Positions 48,439 to 58,423 of a stretch of 64,000 bases of DNA are shown here, one piece after another. The translations under genes were made by a program, and so were the position numbers. The notes beneath the pieces were generated by a model. The model had not been told where the DNA came from and ran no database searches. It saw only the letters and a list, made by a program, of their open reading frames with translations. This DNA comes from Calditrichia bacterium (GTDB lineage: Bacteria > Calditrichota > Calditrichia > RBG-13-44-9 > J075). Numbering within the stretch: position 1 is the stretch's first letter; each line of letters starts with the position of its first letter. The stretch is taken from assembly GCA_050633245.1 (NCBI GenBank), contig JBOEGD010000009.1:128001-192000 (forward strand). Reading direction: 5' to 3'.

Positions 48439-49588
48439 AACGACTCCATTTGTCAAATGTACCCGCGTACAGAATGCGACCAAGAACGTAAACCGGCATA
48501 ACCAGAATCGCCTGCTGGTATGGTTCGCAGAGCAATAGTACAATAGCTGCAAGCAGCCAGAGCGGAAGAAAGCGCTTGCGTAGAGGCGATACTGCTAACA
48601 TCAACATAGCGGCGTCCAGAAAAGCAAGGCCGCTTAGCAGGGACAGTGTAAATTCTGTAATTCGAAAATTGTCACCAGCAAACCACAACAAAAACATCGC
48701 AATTGCGGACGCCGGAATCAGCAGAGCAGTAAAGGCACTCTGACGAAGCTGCGTATGAAACTCTGTCAGTCGCCCATTAAAACTCAGTATTTCAATCAAA
48801 TCTGTACCAACCAGAAGAAGATAAAAATAACCGCCGATCAAAATCAGACACTGCATAAAAACGAAGAACTGAAAGATGGCCGCATCCTGATGTTGGACAA
48901 TGGCCTGTGCAGCATAGAGGAATGGAATGGCAAGTGCAGCAAAAAGCCAGGTGATGCTCGAACGAACCTGGTCCACGCGCTGATATTTTAGCCGAAGAAA
49001 CTGTAGAATGAACTGATCTTGCAGAAGCACACCGGATGTTGAAGCCTTACCAACCCGACCTGGATCCAATCTCGTCATTTGCTTCACGGAACCAGTGCTA
49101 CTCCAAAGCTTGCTAAAAGGCAAAAAGGCGACAAGAACTGCGACAAATGAAAGTGGTGAAGGCTCAAAAAAGAAGCTGAAGGCAATAAAGAGGCCAAGCA
49201 ATAGATTCTTTAAAGATTTATCCAGGAAAGAAAGAATTGCCGCAAAGCTGAACGCAAAAAACTGAAGAATGTAAACCACAGAATTGAAGTCTATGGTGGC
49301 ATCAGCGAGTGTGAATATGAGGATGAGATAGAACAAGATAGCAAAACTGAAAGCAGCGGCAATCTTGCGAAACTGTTGCTGAAAAGTTGGCAGGTAACGC
49401 ATCTGAATTAGCAGTCTGCGATTGGTTTTTACCACCTGGAAGACAATAAACAAATAAAAGCAGACAATAAAGATGTTGGTATACCAAACGTGATAGTTAT
49501 TGTTACCCGCCAACGTCGTAGCGAATAACAATATAAGCAATCCCCACGGACCAATTTCATACCTGATCATTCTTATTGCCAGCTTCAA
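48422..49588 (-). CDS. Multi-pass membrane protein, probable ABC permease
   Basis: Many hydrophobic segments; overlaps ATPase start; exact start uncertain (TTG 49588 or ATG 49570). Confidence 0.75.
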   Translation of the reverse strand: MKLAIRMIRYEIGPWGLLILLFATTLAGNNNYHVWYTNIFIVCFYLFIVFQVVKTNRRLLIQMRYLPTFQQQFRKIAAAFSFAILFYLILIFTLADATIDFNSVVYILQFFAFSFAAILSFLDKSLKNLLLGLFIAFSFFFEPSPLSFVAVLVAFLPFSKLWSSTGSVKQMTRLDPGRVGKASTSGVLLQDQFILQFLRLKYQRVDQVRSSITWLFAALAIPFLYAAQAIVQHQDAAIFQFFVFMQCLILIGGYFYLLLVGTDLIEILSFNGRLTEFHTQLRQSAFTALLIPASAIAMFLLWFAGDNFRITEFTLSLLSGLAFLDAAMLMLAVSPLRKRFLPLWLLAAIVLLLCEPYQQAILVMPVYVLGRILYAGTFDKWSRYAEAK

Positions 49589-49589
49589 C

Positions 49590-49659
49590 CTGCTATCCCG
49601 TCTTTTCTCTGCCGTCCGTTCTCTGCCGTCCGTTCTCTGCCGTCTGTTATCTGCCGTCC
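49590..49659. repeat. 14-mer (double heptamer) tandem array
   Basis: GTTCTCT-GCCGTCC-like units filling the whole intergenic gap. Confidence 0.9.
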
Positions 49660-50829
49660 CTACAGCACGGTAAGGAATCGCTCAATTTCTTCCTCAGTAT
49701 TATAATAATGCGCGGAGGCTCGAATCATATCGGGCAGTTTGCGCGCCTCGGCATCAAGAATTGTTCCTGATGGAACGGCGATGCTCACATTAATATTATC
49801 TTTTCGTAATCTTTGTTGAATTGTTGCAGGATTTTCTCTTTCGCTGGAGAATGTAACAATACCACTTTGCACAGTGCCAATATCGTGAACCGTTACGCCG
49901 GGTAATTTAGCAAGACCGCTGCGCAGCGTTTTGGCAAGTTGTTGAACGCGCTGCCAGATAGCTTCGATGCCAACTTCAAGAGCATAATCCACTGCCACAC
50001 CGAGCCCGAAGTGAGCGGCAAAGTTGCTCTCCCAGTTTTCAAACCTTCGTGCATCATCACGTATTACATAACTTGCAGAGCTTAGCAGCTCGGCAGAATG
50101 CAAATCCAGCACGGCAGGTTTCAGTTCTTCCAGACGATCTTTTCGTACATAAAGGAAGCCGGTTCCGCGCGGGCCGCGTAGCCACTTTCGACCGGTTGCC
50201 GAGAAAAAATCACAGCCAATCTTCTGCATGTCTACCGGCATTTGTCCGGCAGATTGACAACCATCCAACAAATAGTAACAGTCCGACGGGCGTTCCAGTT
50301 TCCCAACGGCTTCGGCAGGATTGACCACTCCCCCACCGGTTGGAATATGCGTGATTGCAATCAGGCGCGTGCGATCATCAATTTTATTCTGCAAATCATC
50401 CAGGGATAGTTCACCGCTATCAGTGGGATCGACAGTAACGATTTCTACACCAAATCGTTCTTTCACAAGCAGAAAATTCAGGTAGTTGCTTGCATAGCTT
50501 TCTCGCGCGATAACAATGCGATCACCCGGCTTGAAAGAAATCGCGCCAAAAGCTGCCAGCCATGCAACCGTTGCATTTTCCATCAGAGCAACCTCGGCAA
50601 TATCTGCATTTAACAGCTTTGCAATGGAGGTGTAGATATCAGCGTATCGATTAGCATTCACGCTCTTGGCTTCATAACCGCCGATTCTGGCCTCAAGATT
50701 AAGATAATCAATTTGTGCATCAAGAACCGCCTGTGGCATAAGTGCAGCTCCGGCATTATTAAAGTGCAATACCTCTGAACAACCGGGCGATTCGGATCTG
50801 AAACGAACGATGTCTTTTTTGCTTAACAT
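49660..50829 (-). CDS. Aminotransferase class V PLP enzyme (cysteine desulfurase/EgtE-like)
   Basis: HFNNAGAALMP, LLDGCQSAGQ, SATGRKWLRGPRGTG, RASAHYYNT; AAGGAG RBS. Confidence 0.92.
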   Translation of the reverse strand: MLSKKDIVRFRSESPGCSEVLHFNNAGAALMPQAVLDAQIDYLNLEARIGGYEAKSVNANRYADIYTSIAKLLNADIAEVALMENATVAWLAAFGAISFKPGDRIVIARESYASNYLNFLLVKERFGVEIVTVDPTDSGELSLDDLQNKIDDRTRLIAITHIPTGGGVVNPAEAVGKLERPSDCYYLLDGCQSAGQMPVDMQKIGCDFFSATGRKWLRGPRGTGFLYVRKDRLEELKPAVLDLHSAELLSSASYVIRDDARRFENWESNFAAHFGLGVAVDYALEVGIEAIWQRVQQLAKTLRSGLAKLPGVTVHDIGTVQSGIVTFSSERENPATIQQRLRKDNINVSIAVPSGTILDAEARKLPDMIRASAHYYNTEEEIERFLTVL

Positions 50830-50843
50830 GATTATCTCCTTAT

Positions 50844-50879
50844 TCGGTGATCGGTGATCGGTGATCGGTGCCCGATGCC
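50844..50879. repeat. Heptamer tandem array
   Basis: TCGGTGA x3 plus two degenerate copies abutting the receptor stop codon. Confidence 0.85.
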
Positions 50880-53246
50880 CTATCTAACCAATTCACATGA
50901 GACTACAAAATTTCGCCCGGCAGCGTTAATGCCCGAAGCATGCTCCCGATAATTGACGTCAAAGATATTTTCCAGTGCAGTGCGTAAAACAAGTCCATCA
51001 AAAATAGTGACGCCACCGCGCAATGTAATAATCTGCCAGCCGGGTGTGCCCCCTGTTGGGATGCGATCATCATCAAGGTCATCTGCAGAAAGGCGATCTT
51101 GCTTCGCAGCGAAACGCGTAAAACCATCCAGCCAGTAGCGTTCTTGTTGCCAGCGCAGGCCCAACCGGCCAAACATTGGCGGCATCTTACCTATAGGCTC
51201 ATCAAGAGACGTATTTTGTCCATAGCTAAAAGACAGTGAGGCATAGCTGCTGAGGTTCGGCGTAATCTCTGCACGTAAGCTGCTTTCAAATCCGGCAACA
51301 TAGGCTTCCCCGCTATTGGCCTTCTGCTTAACCTTCAGAGAATCCCCACCGGTAATAAAGATTGGGCTGCCGTTAAACGTCGCATCTACGCTTGAAAGTA
51401 AGTCAGAAATACGAGAATAGAAGCCGGTCAGTTCACCGCGAATCCGGCCGTTATGATGTCGCAGACTCGCGTCGAAACTAAGAATCTTTTCTGGCTCGAG
51501 ATCGGTGTTCGGCACTTCATAGGTATCTCCCTTAGATTCACCTAACTTTGCCAGATCGCTCAGGTTCGGGGCACGAAACCCCTGTCCGGCGTTTATACTA
51601 ACGCTCCAGCTACCGGTAAATTTATAGACCGATCCGATATTACCCGTGAGTGCTTTAAAGTTTTGTTGAACACTTTGCAACCCATTACCGGCACCATCGG
51701 CTACGTCAAACTCCGTATCAAAGCTACTGTAACGCAATCCGCCCACCAATAGAAATTTGTCGGTCGGGTACCATTCATTTTGCACAAAATAGCCAAAGCT
51801 GGTATATCGCGCATCGTCCGGATAGCGCCCACGGCTGTTTACCGTAACCTCATTGCTAATTGCATCAGTATCAAAACTGCCGCTGGCAACGCGATCATTA
51901 TAGCTTTCCAGGCCATAATTCAATACATTTCTACCGAAGTTTGAGGTAAGTTGAATGCTGCTGCCAAACGTCTTGGTATCGTCGTTTTCCGTCTCAATAA
52001 CCGAGTCAGCACGCTTTTGAGTTATACGACCTTCCTGTTGGCGATTAAAAGATGCCGTAAACGTGGAGGCTGAAAACCAACTGCTTATCTCCGGCTCATG
52101 CGTATACTTCAAATATCCCAGCGTGCGAATTTGCGGATCATAGAGCCAGGTAATATTGCTTCCACTTTCGTATTTGTCATAGCGTGGCACCTCTTCCTGC
52201 TCAGCATGCTGCCAAGCCAAAACAACATTGTGCTCTCTGTTCGGCTGCCAGACCAGCTTGGCATCTGCATCATAACCGCTAAAGCCGGAGGGGCTCTGCT
52301 TTAAACCATTAGTTGAGTTTTCCAACAGGGGGTTATCGCTATTGTCGCCACGCCGCAGATCTCCAAACTCCTTTAGACTGTAGCCGCCGCTCAACGAAAA
52401 GTTGCGGTTGTAAACTGCCCCCTGGGCACGTCCGCTATTTTCCGCATCAGCACTGGCATATCGCCCACTTAAATGAGCATTGTAGCTGATACCCTCACTA
52501 TCTGTGAGCAGTGACGGCTGCTGTGTTACCAAGTTAATTGTACCACCGATGGCATCGCTTCCGTAAAGAACCGATGTCGGGCCACGCACAATCTCGATGC
52601 GGTTCAGCATATTGTGGTCAATAGTAGTCAGATATTGATGATTGCCTAAACGATAGGTAGAATTGTTCAGGCGGATGCCATCCACCAAGATCAGAATTCG
52701 ATTTGAGGAAAAGCCCCGAATAATTGCCGATCCCCCACCATGATTTGTTTTCTGAACAAAAACACCGGTCTCTTCCCGCAGCGCTTCTGCCGAGGTCTTC
52801 GCCTGCCTTTCCTTTATTGCGGGAGCTTCAATAAGATTTATTGACGTCGGAATATCTTCGATTGCCTTTCGCGAGCGGGATGCTGTTACCACATATTCAC
52901 TAAGCTCTACCGTAGCAGGTTGCAGCACAATATCGCCCATATCAACGGCCGCAGTGGCGACATTTATATTCAATTTTCGAAGCTGAAAACCAACGAACTC
53001 AACATGTAAAACATATTCACCGGAAGAGACATCAAAGGAGAAGGTGCCATTTTTGCGGGAGAAGGCTCCGACTTCGATTTCAGGAATGCTGATTTGCGCA
53101 TCTTGTATCGTTTCGCCGTTATTATCCAGAACCCTTCCGGAAACCGTAAGCGTTTGTGCAAAAAGCCCCGAAGAAAAACCAATTAATGCGGCAAAAAAGA
53201 AGCATATATATATATTCAAAACATTATCTCCATCGCAAAAGATCAT
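50880..53246 (-). CDS. TonB-dependent receptor (heme/hemoglobin-receptor-like)
   Basis: VVTASR, QKTNHGGGSAIIRG, EIVRGPTSVLYGSDAIGG, GFRAPN, DLEPE, ENIFD..YR; true start may be TTG 53219. Confidence 0.92.
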   Translation of the reverse strand: MIFCDGDNVLNIYICFFFAALIGFSSGLFAQTLTVSGRVLDNNGETIQDAQISIPEIEVGAFSRKNGTFSFDVSSGEYVLHVEFVGFQLRKLNINVATAAVDMGDIVLQPATVELSEYVVTASRSRKAIEDIPTSINLIEAPAIKERQAKTSAEALREETGVFVQKTNHGGGSAIIRGFSSNRILILVDGIRLNNSTYRLGNHQYLTTIDHNMLNRIEIVRGPTSVLYGSDAIGGTINLVTQQPSLLTDSEGISYNAHLSGRYASADAENSGRAQGAVYNRNFSLSGGYSLKEFGDLRRGDNSDNPLLENSTNGLKQSPSGFSGYDADAKLVWQPNREHNVVLAWQHAEQEEVPRYDKYESGSNITWLYDPQIRTLGYLKYTHEPEISSWFSASTFTASFNRQQEGRITQKRADSVIETENDDTKTFGSSIQLTSNFGRNVLNYGLESYNDRVASGSFDTDAISNEVTVNSRGRYPDDARYTSFGYFVQNEWYPTDKFLLVGGLRYSSFDTEFDVADGAGNGLQSVQQNFKALTGNIGSVYKFTGSWSVSINAGQGFRAPNLSDLAKLGESKGDTYEVPNTDLEPEKILSFDASLRHHNGRIRGELTGFYSRISDLLSSVDATFNGSPIFITGGDSLKVKQKANSGEAYVAGFESSLRAEITPNLSSYASLSFSYGQNTSLDEPIGKMPPMFGRLGLRWQQERYWLDGFTRFAAKQDRLSADDLDDDRIPTGGTPGWQIITLRGGVTIFDGLVLRTALENIFDVNYREHASGINAAGRNFVVSCELVR

Positions 53247-53730
53247 CTATAAAAATAAGATTTAAAGATACACACCAAAGCTATTAAGGCAACCGAAAAC
53301 TCTATTTCTTCTACGCAGAAATTACTCATAGTTTCCTATTTCGGTTCGTAGCGGACCGTTATTTAAATTCCACCTGACAAATTCGTGACTCTAACGTCTT
53401 TTCCTGTACGATATTTTCCTATAATAACCACTGAAAAGGGCCGTAATTAAGCCGTTTTTTGTTGCTTAATTATAAAGCTGTCCTTAATTTAGTGAAGAGT
53501 GCGCACGAAACTCGAAATGTCGCCCGTTGCCAGGTATGTTCGTGACGTGGCAATAATGAGAATCTGTCGTCGCTTACCGACGATACTGTTTGTGTTCCCC
53601 TGCACAACTCTACAGGGATGGTTCCACCTATGGCGGCATAACTGAAGAGGCCGTTCTTTTTTCGGCTTTAGATTGACACATGTGCGTATTGGATTAATCG
53701 GTAGATATTCCTCCAATCGAGGCAGGCTTA

Positions 53731-56700
53731 GTGATGGGCTTTAAAAATATTTGCATTGGATGCATGGCTGAGAAAGTCCCGGGTGAGGTTTGTCGGGAAT
53801 GTAAATGGCCTGACAGCGATCAGCCTGAAGCTCCACATCATTTACCGCCGCGAACCATTCTCAACAATGTGTATCTTACCGGTCGGGTATTAAGCGAAGA
53901 CGAATTCGGTATTATCTACCTTGCTATGGAAATGAGCTCGCGAGAGAAGCTCATTATCAAAGAGTTTTTCCCACGTGCATTTGTAACCCGCCACCATAAT
54001 ACCATTCAGGTTTTAGAAAGCAATGAAACGCTGCAGGACTTCTATAACTTTGGCCTTGGCCAGTTTATTGAAGAGGGCATGGCGCTGCTCAACTCGCGTG
54101 ATGTTGCCGGACTGCAGCGCACGCATGATTTGTTTCGTTTAAATGGGACCGCCTATCAGGTTATGGATCATATTGAAGGCATCTCGCTGGAGACAACCCT
54201 CAATCTGTTGGGCAAGGTGCTTTCTTTTCAAAACGTGCTGAAGATTATTTTCCCCATAATGAATGCGCTGGAGCACCTGCACAATACAGGACTTCTGCAC
54301 TACGACATTCATCCCGGCAATATCATTGTAACCGGTGATGGCGGTGGCGTGCTGGTTAATTTTTCGGCCTCTAATTTTGCCATTGCTCAACGCGAAAACA
54401 ATTTATCATCAATATTACGCCCGGGATATTCACCGCCCGAGCTCTATATCAAAGATGATGCCTTTTCACCACAGAGCGATATCTATTCTCTGGCTGCATC
54501 GATTCATCGTGCAATTTGCGGTAGCAGTCCGCCAAACGCGCTTTCTCGGCTCGAAAATGACACCATCAAAATGCCGGCACGCCTGAACCCGACCGTTTCG
54601 GAAAAAGGTCAGAGCTCTTTGATGAAAGGACTTGCTGTTCGTCCGGCCGCTCGCTATCAGAACATTGTAGACTTTCGTCGCGAGATTCTCAGCGGTATGA
54701 AGGTGAAAGAACCGAAGGGTAAGCCAGCGGTAAAACAACCAAAAAATGCGCAAGATGCTTTTTCGGCAATTACTTGTCCTGTCTGCGCAACGCGCAATGA
54801 AGTACTGAAAAACGATCTTAAGCTCGGCACCAGCCAGTGTCGGGCATGTAGCCATCCGTTTATTTTGGATGATAGGGATAATCTTACCACGCCTTCTACC
54901 TTTAAACCTGTTGCCAATAAAACCAGTGCAGTTGCACCTCATGCACCGGCAAAGAAAGAGCCGGGGCACGCCTATTCTTTCACTATCGTTAAATGCGAAA
55001 AGTGTAAAATAGACAACGAGGTTTTACTTAACGACCTGCAAGCTGGAGCACTGTGTTTTAATTGCGCTACAGTACTAACCGAAGAGATTGAGCACGTCGC
55101 TTCGGCAGACAATGGTAAAATTCGTAAAGCTGTCGCTGAAGCCGCTGCTGCAAAGAAGACGAAGCAGCAGACACCTTTACCAAAAAAGACAGCCAAACCC
55201 AAGTCGGTACCAAAACAAACCGTTTCTACGGTTGAAGCGCCTGTCAAACCTGTCGAGAAGCCCCCGGCTGTGGAAACACCGCCCTCAGAGAAGGTGCATA
55301 CTAACGGTACTCACAAGCCAAAGGCAGATAGACCGGCAACAGCGAAGCCCAAGCGTGTTCGCCGTCCAAGAATACCTTTCTCCCCTCCTCCACCCGTTGC
55401 AGATGAACGAAAAGGTGGATTTCTGGATGATACCGGAGAATTTGAGCACGGTGAAGATGGTGCGCTCAGCAGTACAGAAGCAAAGCTTACATGCCCGAGC
55501 TGTTCTACAGTGAACCTGGTTCCTGTCGCCTCTCTGGCAAATGGCGCCTCTTGTGAAAACTGTGGAGCCGTGCTGCTGCATATTGCAGAAGACGCTCTCG
55601 ATAAGGCAGACGCTGAAAAATCTACGAAGACCAAAACACCTATTCTGGATGAAGTAAAGCCGCCGGAGTTTGAAATCGACGACGCAGAAGAAGATCTTCC
55701 ACCCTTCGATGCCTCGCTATACGATATCAGACCCGAAGAACCAACACAGGAATTCGACAATCTGGATTTGGATAACTCAATACTTATTGAGCCGGATGAA
55801 GATGCCTCAATCATCATCGAACCGGATGAGGACGCGTCCATTTTAATCGATCCGGAAACCTCGATTTTCGATGGTGAAGAACTGTTGCTTAAACCTGAAG
55901 CGCCAACGCAAGAATTTCCTACGTTCGATGAACAGCTGTCAGAACAACAAGACAACGACGTTTCAATTTTTGATGGTGAAAACTTACTGATTGAGCCTGA
56001 AGCGCCAACCAAGGATTTTGATAAAGCGCCGATCCAAAATGACGATCAGCTCTTGTCAGACGATTCACGCTACTCTGGCGAAGAAAGCACCTTATTCCAT
56101 CTAAACGATGAGGCAAAAAAGGACGCTCTGGAGGTCAAGCCAAATTCAATGCTTCCCGGCGAAGAAGACAAGTCTCTTATCGACAAAAGTGGCTTTAGTG
56201 GCGATCCATCTCTGTTAGATGTTAAGAGTCATACATTTCATGATGATATTGTGCCACAAGATCCCTCCATATTGGATATAGATTCCAAAACGGTTCACGA
56301 TGAGCCAGACGAAGGACGTATCACTGAAGCAGATCTGTTTCCCGTTCTGGATCAGTCGGAGCCCGAGGAGCTTGAAGAAAGCAGTCTGAAAGTTATCACC
56401 TGCCGACGCTGTGGTCGTAAAAACAGCTATCATCCTGAAAACGTTAAAGACGGCCTTCGCTGCCGTTACTGCAAGCGCTCTTTCGAAGCGGACCAGACCG
56501 ACACCGGATTAAATCTCAGTGTTGAACAGAAGAATGAGCTGTTAAATCTGTCGGACAGTAAAGAAGTAGACGAGGAACAAAGCGTTACTGTTGTCGCCTG
56601 CCCAAAATGCAAAACCCGAAATTTTGTTCAGGCCAGCACAATTCTGGAAGGTGGTGAATGTAGCCGCTGTGGCCATTCTTTCCTAAGCGAGCCGATTCAA

Positions 56701-58422
56701 TCTCCTACTCCGGCAGAAGTAGAAGCAGATCCGAGTTTTGAAGAGGAAATACCATACGACATTGGCAACGAAGGACGTAAGAAATTGCTCTTTGTCGGTT
56801 CCATTCTGGCGGTACTCCTTGTCGCACTTGGCAGTGTATTCTATTGGGCAATGTCGAATCAGTCTCGTCAGGATAAACTGACGGAATATCTGACGGCCGC
56901 TCGTGTTGCCAGCAGCCAGGGTAAGCATTCCGTCGCAATTGAGAATCTGGAAGGCGCCTTAATTATCAGGCCCGAAGACAGAAATATTCTGCAAAAGCTG
57001 GAGCGTAGCAAGCAACAGCTCGAGCAGCAGCAACAGCTGAAGCTGGAAGAAAAAAGACAGCAGACTTTCCTGGAAGATGAACGAGTGGCAGCGGACTCTC
57101 TTTTTGCAGCAAAAAGTTATGAGGACTCGCAGTCTGCCTATGAATTCCTACTCGACGCTCAACCGGAAGATACGTTTATCGTTGAACGTTTGAACATTAT
57201 TGCCGAAAAGCTAAAGCAGCCAAAACCACGGCGCGCTCGGCAGACAACCGCACGTTCATCTAATAGTACACCTGTAACACAGCGCTTGAGAATCCGTTCG
57301 GGCGGAGATTTACAAAGCTATGTCCGGCGCGCTAAGCCAAATTCTTTAATTACTCTGGCCAGCGGCATCTACACATTGTCTTCACCTCTGATCATTGATA
57401 AATCTATTAGCATCGAGGGCGAAGGAATGAACAAATCGCTCATCGTCTCCAGCGTTACCGGTAACAGTATTGAAATTCGCAATGGTGCGGTGTTCAAAGC
57501 GAATATGATTGGAATGGAACTACAAAGCGGTCAGCAGGGCAATTTAATTTATGTGGACAATGGTGAAATTGACGTGCGCAAGTCTTCTCTGAAAGGTGCT
57601 TTGAAACCCGGATCAGATGGCAATAGCGGCTGTGCGGTTTGGTTTGCCAAGCGATCGCGCGGTAAGCTACACACGAACCAATTCTCCAGCAATAACATTG
57701 CCGTGCGTATTTCCGGTAGCGCCGACCCGGTAATATCGAGCAATGATATGCTAAACAATAAGGTCGCCATCGAAATCGGCGAGAGCGCCAAATCGATGAT
57801 CCGCGGTAATCGAATCAAGTCGAACAAGCTGGATGGCATTCAAATAATTGGCAGCGCAAATCCGCTCATCGACGGAAATACAATTACCGAAAACAAGCGC
57901 AATGGAGTCTGGCTTGAAATGGAGAAATCAGGCGGCACCCTACGCAATAATCAGATTCTTTACAGTGGTGAAGTCGGCATCTTGCTAACCGGAGCAGCTA
58001 AACCTTCCATCGAGAAAAATAAGGTTCGCTTTAATACGCGAGGCGGATTGCACTATCGTGAGAATTCTGGTGGATCTTGTCAAAACAATGAGATTAAGGA
58101 AAATAAGTACGGCATTAAGATTGCCAACAATGCAACGCCACGAATTTGGGAAAACCAAATCAGTCAGAACAAGGGTGACGGCATCGAGATTGTCAACAAA
58201 GCCAAGCCAACGATCAACAAAAATATGATCTCCAGCAATGACGCGGATGGCATTAGCCTGGTGCTCGATCAAAATGGTGGTGTCATCACAAATAATCAAT
58301 CGCTAAGAAACAGGGGCTACGGTATCAGTTTTCTGAATGACTTTCGCCCCACCAACTTGCTAAATAATATTACGACCGGAAACTACGAAGGCGACATCTA
58401 CGAAGACGAAGAGTCGCTCTAA
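53731..58422 (+). CDS. Membrane protein: Ser/Thr kinase-like (likely pseudokinase) domain, six Zn ribbons, acidic linker, TM, TPR/coiled coil, right-handed beta-helix
   Basis: IIKEFFP, HYDIHPGN, VNFS, GYSPPE, SDIYSL; six CxxC...CxxC pairs; TM LLFVGSILAVLLVALGSVFYW; NosD-like N-x-I-x-x-N repeats. Confidence 0.9.
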   Translation: MMGFKNICIGCMAEKVPGEVCRECKWPDSDQPEAPHHLPPRTILNNVYLTGRVLSEDEFGIIYLAMEMSSREKLIIKEFFPRAFVTRHHNTIQVLESNETLQDFYNFGLGQFIEEGMALLNSRDVAGLQRTHDLFRLNGTAYQVMDHIEGISLETTLNLLGKVLSFQNVLKIIFPIMNALEHLHNTGLLHYDIHPGNIIVTGDGGGVLVNFSASNFAIAQRENNLSSILRPGYSPPELYIKDDAFSPQSDIYSLAASIHRAICGSSPPNALSRLENDTIKMPARLNPTVSEKGQSSLMKGLAVRPAARYQNIVDFRREILSGMKVKEPKGKPAVKQPKNAQDAFSAITCPVCATRNEVLKNDLKLGTSQCRACSHPFILDDRDNLTTPSTFKPVANKTSAVAPHAPAKKEPGHAYSFTIVKCEKCKIDNEVLLNDLQAGALCFNCATVLTEEIEHVASADNGKIRKAVAEAAAAKKTKQQTPLPKKTAKPKSVPKQTVSTVEAPVKPVEKPPAVETPPSEKVHTNGTHKPKADRPATAKPKRVRRPRIPFSPPPPVADERKGGFLDDTGEFEHGEDGALSSTEAKLTCPSCSTVNLVPVASLANGASCENCGAVLLHIAEDALDKADAEKSTKTKTPILDEVKPPEFEIDDAEEDLPPFDASLYDIRPEEPTQEFDNLDLDNSILIEPDEDASIIIEPDEDASILIDPETSIFDGEELLLKPEAPTQEFPTFDEQLSEQQDNDVSIFDGENLLIEPEAPTKDFDKAPIQNDDQLLSDDSRYSGEESTLFHLNDEAKKDALEVKPNSMLPGEEDKSLIDKSGFSGDPSLLDVKSHTFHDDIVPQDPSILDIDSKTVHDEPDEGRITEADLFPVLDQSEPEELEESSLKVITCRRCGRKNSYHPENVKDGLRCRYCKRSFEADQTDTGLNLSVEQKNELLNLSDSKEVDEEQSVTVVACPKCKTRNFVQASTILEGGECSRCGHSFLSEPIQSPTPAEVEADPSFEEEIPYDIGNEGRKKLLFVGSILAVLLVALGSVFYWAMSNQSRQDKLTEYLTAARVASSQGKHSVAIENLEGALIIRPEDRNILQKLERSKQQLEQQQQLKLEEKRQQTFLEDERVAADSLFAAKSYEDSQSAYEFLLDAQPEDTFIVERLNIIAEKLKQPKPRRARQTTARSSNSTPVTQRLRIRSGGDLQSYVRRAKPNSLITLASGIYTLSSPLIIDKSISIEGEGMNKSLIVSSVTGNSIEIRNGAVFKANMIGMELQSGQQGNLIYVDNGEIDVRKSSLKGALKPGSDGNSGCAVWFAKRSRGKLHTNQFSSNNIAVRISGSADPVISSNDMLNNKVAIEIGESAKSMIRGNRIKSNKLDGIQIIGSANPLIDGNTITENKRNGVWLEMEKSGGTLRNNQILYSGEVGILLTGAAKPSIEKNKVRFNTRGGLHYRENSGGSCQNNEIKENKYGIKIANNATPRIWENQISQNKGDGIEIVNKAKPTINKNMISSNDADGISLVLDQNGGVITNNQSLRNRGYGISFLNDFRPTNLLNNITTGNYEGDIYEDEESL

Positions 58423-58423
58423 T

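Noticed and set aside
53247-53730. Cobalamin riboswitch upstream of the TonB receptor
   Set aside because: No B12-box or GGGAA...CCCGC.ACTGT core found on the minus strand
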